Assembly (NCBI GenBank): GCA_028719205.1
Contig: JAQUKH010000003.1
Span: 1 to 64,000 of the forward strand
Reading direction: 5' to 3'
DNA: 64,000 nucleotides
DNA from: a bacterium
GTDB taxonomy: Bacteria; JACRDZ01; JAQUKH01
The position numbers and the translations under genes are program-made. Below the pieces are notes generated by a model that did no database searches, was not told the DNA's origin, and worked only from the letters and a program-made list of their open reading frames with translations. Position 1 is the first letter of the stretch; each line of letters opens with the position of its first letter. Below, piece after piece: positions 57,293-64,000 of this stretch.

Positions 57293-58069
57293 CTATGCAA
57301 ATTTAATTTTATTTTTTCTGAGAATTAAAAGCATAATGACAGCCGTTAATCCGGTAAAAATACTGATCCATTGTGAAGTAGAGAATATCCAGTATATTCC
57401 TCTTTCAACATCTCCCCTTAAGATTTCATTCATACTGCGGAGAATTGAATAAAGAAGAATAAACAACCAGAATAACTGTCCATGAAATTTTTTATATTTT
57501 TTTAAAACAATAAGTAATATAAATAATAAAAAACAATATGTAAATTCATAAAGTTGAGTAGGGTGAATAAATACATTTTTTCCATAAAAAGTTCCGGCAG
57601 GGCTGTCAATAGTACAATTTATTCCAAAGATAGAATTAGTTTCTTTTCCAAAACAACAGCCGTTTAAAAAACATCCTATTCTTGTAATACTTATACCCAG
57701 AGCTAAATAGGGCGCAATTAAATCAGATATCTGCCAGGTTTGCAAATTATGTTTATTAATATAGATATATGAGGCAATGAACGCGCCGATAAGGCCGCCG
57801 TAAAATACCAATCCGCCATGGTTAAAAAGTATGATCTCTAACGGGTTTTCCAAGAAGAATTTAATGTTTACAATAATATAAAGGATCCTGGCCCCGATAA
57901 TAGCTGATAAAACGATATAAAAACCAAGATCAAATAAATAATCTTTTCTAATGCCTTCTTTTTCCGCGTCAGAAGCTGCCCTGTAAATGCCTATCATGAA
58001 AGCTATAGCCAGCATAGTTCCATAAGCGTATATTTTAATCGGCCCTAATTGAAAAAGGATCGGGTGCAT
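57293..58069 (-). CDS. lgt: Prolipoprotein diacylglyceryl transferase
   Basis: MHPILF, IGARILY, GGLVFYGG, RIGCFLNGCCFG and HPTQLYE. Start reassigned to ATG 58069. Confidence 0.95.
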   Translation of the reverse strand: MHPILFQLGPIKIYAYGTMLAIAFMIGIYRAASDAEKEGIRKDYLFDLGFYIVLSAIIGARILYIIVNIKFFLENPLEIILFNHGGLVFYGGLIGAFIASYIYINKHNLQTWQISDLIAPYLALGISITRIGCFLNGCCFGKETNSIFGINCTIDSPAGTFYGKNVFIHPTQLYEFTYCFLLFILLIVLKKYKKFHGQLFWLFILLYSILRSMNEILRGDVERGIYWIFSTSQWISIFTGLTAVIMLLILRKNKIKFA

Positions 58070-58511
58070 CTTTTTCCCTTTCTTTTGTAAAAAATATAAT
58101 AATGAATAATATAACCACTCCAATTACAATAAAAGCATCAGCCAGATTAAATACGGGCCAAACTCGAAAATCAATAAAATCAATTACAACATTATACTGT
58201 ATGCGGTCAAGGAGATTTCCGGCCGCGCCGCTTACGATGAAAATTAATGCTGTTCTTATCCATAAATTGCCTGAATTTGTTTTTCTATAAATGGAAAAAA
58301 GCAAAAAAATAGTAACTATGGACAAAATAATTATTATTATGTTCATTTTAGGAAATAGCCCAAACGCTATGCCCGGATTACGGACATAAGTAAAATGAAG
58401 TATTCCATCAATAACCGGTATGGATTGGCCCAGATCTAATTTGTCTGTTATTAACAATTTAGTAACCTGGTCAATGATGATAAGGATAATTCCCAATATA
58501 TAAAAAAACAT
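58035..58511 (-). CDS. lspA: Lipoprotein signal peptidase II
   Basis: DQVTK, NPGIAFG, GAAGNLLDR, VIDFID and WPVFNLAD. Confidence 0.95.
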   Translation of the reverse strand: MFFYILGIILIIIDQVTKLLITDKLDLGQSIPVIDGILHFTYVRNPGIAFGLFPKMNIIIIILSIVTIFLLFSIYRKTNSGNLWIRTALIFIVSGAAGNLLDRIQYNVVIDFIDFRVWPVFNLADAFIVIGVVILFIIIFFTKEREKDAPDPFSIRAD

Positions 58512-58521
58512 GAGAGGTTTA

Positions 58522-58914
58522 TTATTCCAGCGAATTTTGTCTTTCTTGTTTACACTTTAGGCAGTAAGACGCGCACAAGACCGCTTTCAATCGTTCCTTA
58601 CTTATCGGTTTTCCACAACCAGCGCAAATCCCAAAGGTACCGCTTTTTATTTTATTCAGAGATTCCTCTAGTTTATAAAAATATTTCTCGGTTTTTTCTC
58701 TGAAAAGAAGTAATTTTTCTGTTTCGTTAGTGTCTGTTCCCTGGTCCGCCAAATGAATACTGTACGCGGACAGGTCCCCAGCGTCATCACGCGGGCTTTT
58801 TTTAATATTCTCTTCAGTTTTTCGCAAATTTTTACGGATTTCATCAAGTTCGTTTTCAATTAAAACTTTAAATTTAGTAAGTTCTTTTTTATTTAATTTA
58901 GATGGTGTTGGCAT
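58522..58914 (-). CDS. TraR/DksA C4 zinc-finger family protein
   Basis: Coiled coil with HLADQGTD tip, then GTFGICAGCGKPISKERLKA...CLKC. Confidence 0.9.
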   Translation of the reverse strand: MPTPSKLNKKELTKFKVLIENELDEIRKNLRKTEENIKKSPRDDAGDLSAYSIHLADQGTDTNETEKLLLFREKTEKYFYKLEESLNKIKSGTFGICAGCGKPISKERLKAVLCASYCLKCKQERQNSLE

Positions 58915-61721
58915 TAGAGTAATTCTCCTTCCTTAATAATTTTTAAGCATTTAGGGCACAAATCGGGATGTTCCTTATCAATTCCTGAATCTTTTGTATA
59001 GGTCCAACAGCGTTCGCATTTTTTCCCCTGGGATTTTTCAATATATATTTTTAAATTAGGAATGCTAACCGCGGTGAATAAATTATCTGCGTCGTTTTTA
59101 ATATTCGAAATATCTACTGATGATACAATGAAAATTGTCGGGAGTTCATTTTTATATTTATTAAGAATTGTCTCAAGTTTTTTGTCTTCAACGTAGAGTG
59201 TAACGTTTGCTTCAAGGGACTTAGCGATTGTTTTAGACTGACGGGCAATTTCTAAAGCGGAATAGACCTCTTTTCTTATGGAAAATAAATTTGTCCAGTT
59301 TTCTTCAAGGTGCTTTTGCATATAATCTTCATTTAGCTTGGGCATTTCGGTTAAATGAATACTTATTTCTTTGCCGTGGGATTTTGGTATATACTGCCAA
59401 ACCTCATCAGCTGTGTGACACATAATAGGGGCGATAACTTTTGTGAGATTTGTAATTATTTCGTATAGAACGGTTTGAGCCGCGCGTCTTTCAGTTGATT
59501 TTCTCCCGCTTGTATATAACCGGTCTTTTAATATGTCAAGGTAAAAAGCGCTTAGATCATTAACGCAATAATTATATAACGCGTGATAAAAATAATGGAA
59601 TTGAAAAGAATTGTATCCCTGCATGCTTTTTTCCAATAGTTTCTGCAATTGAAGAAGGGCAAACTGGTCTATTTCCAGGAGATTGCTATAATCAATTTTA
59701 TCAGTTTCCGGATTAAAATCATGAAGATTACCCAGAATATATTTACATGTATTCCTGATTTTGCGGTAAGCGTCTGTAAGCCTGACCAGAATTTCATCTG
59801 ATATCTTTATATCATTTTGATAATTTTCCGCCGCGACCCATAACCGGAGGATATCAGCTCCATATTTTTCTATTATTTCCTGCGGGGCAATCACATTTCC
59901 GGTGGATTTGGACATTTTTTTACCTTCTCCGTCCACGACAAATCCATGGGTAAGCACACTTTTATAAGGAGCCGTTTTTTCCACAGCTACCGATGTGAGC
60001 AGTGAACTGTGGAACCAGCCGCGGTGCTGGTCACTTCCTTCAAGATAAAGATCCGCTGGCCATGACAGTTCAGGCCTTTGTCTGAGTACTGCCGCATGGC
60101 TGACTCCCGAGTCAAACCATACATCAAGAATATCTGTTTCTTTCCTGAATTTTTTTCCGTGGCATTCAGGGCAGGATTTATTCTCGGGTATTAATTCTTC
60201 AGCGCTCATAGTGAACCAGATATCAGCCCCGTGTTTTTTTACAAGGTTATGAACTCGAATCATGGTGTCATCATCAATAAAATCGCGATTGCAGTTTTCA
60301 CAGAAAAATACAGGTATAGGAACACCCCATGCCCGCTGTCTGGAAATACACCAGTCAGGGCGGTTCGCGATCATTAAGGAGATTCTTTCTTCACCCCATG
60401 AAGGGATCCAAACTACTTTTTTTATTTCTTCAAGAGCGTTTTTCCTTAAATAATTTTCACCGTCGAGCCTGATAAACCATTGTTTTGTAGCCCTGAAAAT
60501 AACAGGTTGTTTACATCTCCAGCAGTGAGGGTATGAATGTGAAAATTTTTCAGAAAAAATTAAAACTTTTTTTTGAGCCAGCAGGTTAATAATCCCCGGA
60601 TTGGCCTCCAAAACTTTTTGTCCAGCGAATAGTTCAACATCAGCTGTGAAACATCCTTTTCCGTTGACAGGCGCTATTACCGGAAGGTTATACTTTTGCC
60701 CGACTTCAAAATCTTCTTCGCCATGCCCCGGGGCAATATGAACACAGCCGGAACCTGTTACCATATCAACAAAATCAGCAAGAATTATCTGGCCGGTCCG
60801 GTCTATAAAAGGATGTTTATATATTAATCCTTCTAAAGCTTTCCCTTTCCATGTTTCGAGGGTGTCTTCAGGTTTTTTATTTATCTTTCCAAAAAAATTA
60901 TTTTCTAATTCATCAGCAATAATTAATATTTCATTTCCGACTTTATACGCGCTGTAATCTTTATCGGGATGAATAGCGACAGCTACATTCCCCGGAAGGG
61001 TCCATGGCGTGGTAGTCCAGATGACAATATAAATATTTTCTTTTCCATCCAGATCAGGCAGAAGTTCCTGAGGGTTAGCCAGCTGGAATTTTACATAAAC
61101 AGAGTCTGTAGTGTCATCTTCATATTCTATTTCAGCTTCCGCCAGCGCGGTTTCACAGGTTCCGCACCAATAAATAGGTTTTACACCATGATAGATATAA
61201 CCAAGATTAGCTAATTTTCTGAATTGATCGATTATTGTAGCCTCATATTCAAAGTTCATAGTGAGGTAAGGATGGTCCCAATCGCCGTAATTGCCTAATC
61301 TTTTAAATTCCTCTCTCTGGATACTGACAAATTTAGCGGCATATTCTCTGCATTTTTTTCTGATCTCAATAACAGGTGTTTTATCTTTATCTTTTAAATC
61401 TTTGGTAACATGATGTTCTACCGGCAATCCATGGCAGTCCCATCCCGGCACATAAGGGGCATCGTATCCCTGCATGGATTTATAACGGACTATTATGTCT
61501 TTTAATATCTTATTAAACGCCGTACCGATATGGATATGCCCGTTCGCGTATGGAGGGCCGTCATGAAGGATATATTTTGTTTTGCCGGCCTTTTTTTCAC
61601 GTAATTTATTATAGATTTCCTCTTTATGCCAAACTTTAATCATCTCCGGCTCGCGTTTTGCAAGTTCAGCTCGCATAGGGAAATCCGTATGAGGTAAGTT
61701 TATAGTTTTTTCATAGGTCAT
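58914..61721 (-). CDS. ileS: Isoleucine--tRNA ligase (type 1)
   Basis: [43 protein letters not shown] and a C-terminal CERC..CPKC zinc finger. Confidence 0.98.
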   Translation of the reverse strand: MTYEKTINLPHTDFPMRAELAKREPEMIKVWHKEEIYNKLREKKAGKTKYILHDGPPYANGHIHIGTAFNKILKDIIVRYKSMQGYDAPYVPGWDCHGLPVEHHVTKDLKDKDKTPVIEIRKKCREYAAKFVSIQREEFKRLGNYGDWDHPYLTMNFEYEATIIDQFRKLANLGYIYHGVKPIYWCGTCETALAEAEIEYEDDTTDSVYVKFQLANPQELLPDLDGKENIYIVIWTTTPWTLPGNVAVAIHPDKDYSAYKVGNEILIIADELENNFFGKINKKPEDTLETWKGKALEGLIYKHPFIDRTGQIILADFVDMVTGSGCVHIAPGHGEEDFEVGQKYNLPVIAPVNGKGCFTADVELFAGQKVLEANPGIINLLAQKKVLIFSEKFSHSYPHCWRCKQPVIFRATKQWFIRLDGENYLRKNALEEIKKVVWIPSWGEERISLMIANRPDWCISRQRAWGVPIPVFFCENCNRDFIDDDTMIRVHNLVKKHGADIWFTMSAEELIPENKSCPECHGKKFRKETDILDVWFDSGVSHAAVLRQRPELSWPADLYLEGSDQHRGWFHSSLLTSVAVEKTAPYKSVLTHGFVVDGEGKKMSKSTGNVIAPQEIIEKYGADILRLWVAAENYQNDIKISDEILVRLTDAYRKIRNTCKYILGNLHDFNPETDKIDYSNLLEIDQFALLQLQKLLEKSMQGYNSFQFHYFYHALYNYCVNDLSAFYLDILKDRLYTSGRKSTERRAAQTVLYEIITNLTKVIAPIMCHTADEVWQYIPKSHGKEISIHLTEMPKLNEDYMQKHLEENWTNLFSIRKEVYSALEIARQSKTIAKSLEANVTLYVEDKKLETILNKYKNELPTIFIVSSVDISNIKNDADNLFTAVSIPNLKIYIEKSQGKKCERCWTYTKDSGIDKEHPDLCPKCLKIIKEGELL

Positions 61722-61749
61722 AATAGTTCCTTAAATATTAAGATTCAAA

Positions 61750-61777
61750 ATTATAACATATTAGTATTTATTGTCAA
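61750..61777 (-). promoter_or_regulatory. Promoter for the ileS operon
   Basis: Minus strand TTGACA-16 nt-TATAAT with an extended TG. Confidence 0.65.
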
Positions 61778-61802
61778 CAATATTACAAAAAATGGAAATT
61801 TA

Positions 61803-61830
61803 TTGACAAAAAAATAATTTGAGATATAAT
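61803..61830 (+). promoter_or_regulatory. Promoter for tRNA-Ala/leuS
   Basis: TTGACA-16 nt-TATAAT. Confidence 0.7.
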
Positions 61831-61861
61831 ATTTTTTTATAATTCATGATAGTAATTTGTC

Positions 61862-61931
61862 TATAGTGGGGTCCTGATAGCATCGGGATTGGGAGAGCGT
61901 CCCGATGTGATAATCGGGAAGGTCGTCAGTT
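61862..61931 (+). pseudogene. Degenerate partial copy of the downstream tRNA-Ala, with two segments replaced by TCCYGAT/ATCGGGA palindromes
   Basis: The blocks TATAGTGGGG, TTGGGAGAGCG and AGGTCGTCAGTT are identical to, and collinear with, the intact tRNA locus. Confidence 0.75.
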
Positions 61932-61958
61932 AAGATTAAGAAACAAGAAATATATAGT

Positions 61959-62034
<76 letters not shown>

Positions 62035-62059
62035 GATTTTCTGCCGGAGGCAGAAAATC
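62035..62059. terminator. Perfect hairpin immediately 3' of the tRNA
   Basis: GATTTTCTGCC-GGA-GGCAGAAAATC. There is no plus-strand U-tract, so it may be a processing or REP-derived hairpin. Confidence 0.45.
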
Positions 62060-62116
62060 AGAGCAATCGAAAATAGAAAATCGAGATTTGATTCAAAAAG
62101 CTTTTCGATTGCGGTC

Positions 62117-62135
62117 CCTGCCTGCGGTAGGCAGG
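62117..62135. repeat. REP-like palindrome, CCTGCC/GGCAGG family
   Basis: CCTGCCTGC-G-GTAGGCAGG. Confidence 0.65.
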
Positions 62136-62198
62136 AATTCTCGATTATCGATTTTCAAAAGAGTTATACATAGATTGAGATTTAGCAGGGAGTTCCAT

Positions 62199-64000
62199 TT
62201 GGAAAATAATTATCCTTTCAAAGAAATAGAATCAAAATGGCAGAAAAATTGGCTGGATAGAGGCCAGTTCAAGACTGAAGAAAAAAATAAATATAAAAAA
62301 TATTATGTCCTGGAGATGTTTCCATACCCATCAGGGCGTATACATATGGGACATGTCCGGAATTATACCATTGGTGATGTTATTGCCAGATATAAAGCAA
62401 TGCAGGGATTTAATGTTCTGCATCCGATGGGATGGGACGCGTTCGGGCTGCCTGCGGAAAACGCGGCCATTAAAAATAAGATACCGCCCGCAAAGTGGAC
62501 CAATGAAAATATTAATTTTATGCGCGCACAGCTTAAAAAACTGGGATTCAGCTACGACTGGGAAAGGGAGATAAATACTTCTTCACCGGAATACTATAAA
62601 TGGAATCAATGGTTGTTTCAGAAATTTTTTGAAAAGGGACTGGTATACCGCAAAAAGTCCGCTGTTAACTGGTGCCCTTCCTGTAATACGGTTCTGGCAA
62701 ATGAACAGGTGGTGGATGGTAAATGCTGGCGCTGCCAGAGTGTTGTGGTCCAAAAAGATATTGAGCAATGGTTTTTGAAAATAACAGCTTACAGCGACGA
62801 ATTACTCGCGGATCTTGAAAATTTAAAGACATCCTGGCCTGAACAGGTTCTTGTTATGCAGAAGAACTGGATCGGGAAAAGTCAGGGGGTTGAAGTTAAA
62901 TTTTCTATTAAAGATTCCAAAGATGACCTTATTATTTTTACCACACGGCCTGATACTCTTTGCGGTGTTACATTTATGGTTTTAGCGCCGGAACATCCTT
63001 TATTATTAAAACTAATTAAAGGAAAACCTCAGGAAAAAGAGGTAACTGGTTTTATAGAAAAGGTAAAAAAAGAGGATCTGACCGTAGGGACATCCTTAAA
63101 AAAAGACAAAAAGGGACTATTTACCGGATCATTTGCTGTTAATCCCATAACAAAGGAAGAGATCCCGATATGGGTGGGAAATTTTGTCTTGATGGAATAT
63201 GGTACCGGCGCGATCATGGCTGTGCCGGCTCATGATGAAAGAGATTTCCAATTCGCTAAAGAGTATAATATCCCGATAAAGGTCGTTATTCAAAATAAAG
63301 ACAGGTCACTTGATGCGGATAAAATGACGGGCGCTTATGAAGATGAAGGGGTATTGGTAAATTCTCTCTCATTTGATAATATCCAAAGCTCATCCGCTAA
63401 AGATAATATCTCTCAATGGCTTGAAAAGAAAAATCTTGGCGCTAAAAAAACAATTTATCGCCTCAGGGATTGGGGAGTTTCAAGACAGAGATATTGGGGA
63501 ACTCCTATTCCAGTTATTTATTGTGATAAATGCGGAGTAGTGCTTGTGCCTGAAAAAGATCTTCCTGTAAAATTACCTGTTGATGTGGAATTTTCAGGTA
63601 CTAATTTATCGCCTCTTTTACAGGATAAAGCTTTTTTGAATGTTGAATGCCCAAAGTGCGGCGGGAAAGGAAGAAGAGAGACTGATACTCTGGATACCTT
63701 TTTTGATTCTTCATGGTATTACCTGAGATACACTAGCCCGAAGGAAAACAAGTCTCTTTTTAACAGTAAATCCATTGAATTTTGGATGCCGGTTGATCAA
63801 TATATTGGCGGGATCGAGCATGCCATTTTGCATTTGCTATATTCCCGTTTTTTTACAAAGGCGATGGCTGATGTTGGCCTTTTTGATATCCGTGAACCGT
63901 TCAAAAATTTATTAACTCAGGGAATGGTGATAAAAGACGGCTATAAGATGTCGAAATCCAGGGGGAATACAGTTGATCCGGACAGTATCCTTGATTATTA
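62199..64000 (+). CDS. leuS: Leucine--tRNA ligase (3' end beyond the window)
   Basis: Manual translation from TTG 62199: [16 protein letters not shown]...[22 protein letters not shown]...FTTRPDT...[15 protein letters not shown]...KMSKS. Confidence 0.97.
   Translation, partial: MENNYPFKEIESKWQKNWLDRGQFKTEEKNKYKKYYVLEMFPYPSGRIHMGHVRNYTIGDVIARYKAMQGFNVLHPMGWDAFGLPAENAAIKNKIPPAKWTNENINFMRAQLKKLGFSYDWEREINTSSPEYYKWNQWLFQKFFEKGLVYRKKSAVNWCPSCNTVLANEQVVDGKCWRCQSVVVQKDIEQWFLKITAYSDELLADLENLKTSWPEQVLVMQKNWIGKSQGVEVKFSIKDSKDDLIIFTTRPDTLCGVTFMVLAPEHPLLLKLIKGKPQEKEVTGFIEKVKKEDLTVGTSLKKDKKGLFTGSFAVNPITKEEIPIWVGNFVLMEYGTGAIMAVPAHDERDFQFAKEYNIPIKVVIQNKDRSLDADKMTGAYEDEGVLVNSLSFDNIQSSSAKDNISQWLEKKNLGAKKTIYRLRDWGVSRQRYWGTPIPVIYCDKCGVVLVPEKDLPVKLPVDVEFSGTNLSPLLQDKAFLNVECPKCGGKGRRETDTLDTFFDSSWYYLRYTSPKENKSLFNSKSIEFWMPVDQYIGGIEHAILHLLYSRFFTKAMADVGLFDIREPFKNLLTQGMVIKDGYKMSKSRGNTVDPDSILDY

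Noticed and set aside
61520-61560. HIGT instead of HIGH in IleRS
   Set aside because: This is a known natural variant of the class I signature. All other motifs are intact.

Overview
Bacterial sequence, almost certainly from a metagenome-assembled, AT-rich diderm organism. The first ~880 bp are GC-rich and come from a different genome context (DUF2062 plus a truncated tsaD on the minus strand). They join, with no gap, the middle of an AT-rich murI, followed by rph and rdgB. From ~2.7 to 42.9 kb lies a large cell-surface locus. It opens with an HhH/beta-barrel protein, a stand-alone dockerin-like protein, a cohesin-like lipoprotein and a multidomain clan GH-A hydrolase. Next is a ~28 kb polysaccharide operon: a split Wzc whose BY-kinase carries an N-terminal MshEN (c-di-GMP receptor-type) module, an O-antigen-ligase/Wzy-family protein, Wzm/Wzt, 11 GT2/GT4 enzymes, a deacetylase-like protein, a methyltransferase, two tandem nucleotidyltransferase-fold proteins, a priming transferase, exosortase plus EpsI, and nucleotide-sugar enzymes. 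The locus ends with a small zinc-ribbon gene, a promoter-leader-terminator unit, three PEP-CTERM genes and a PrsT-like TPR lipoprotein. The rest is mostly housekeeping: rny, ymdB, xseAB, ispA, dxs, tlyA, a GNAT, yajC, an RRM protein, lgt, lspA, dksA/traR-like, ileS, tRNA-Ala(GGC) and partial leuS. It also holds an unusual Cache/LolA-like/sensor fusion, REP-like palindromes, and a ghost tRNA copy whose hairpins are replaced by palindromes. All family calls come from motif recognition by eye; no searches were run.
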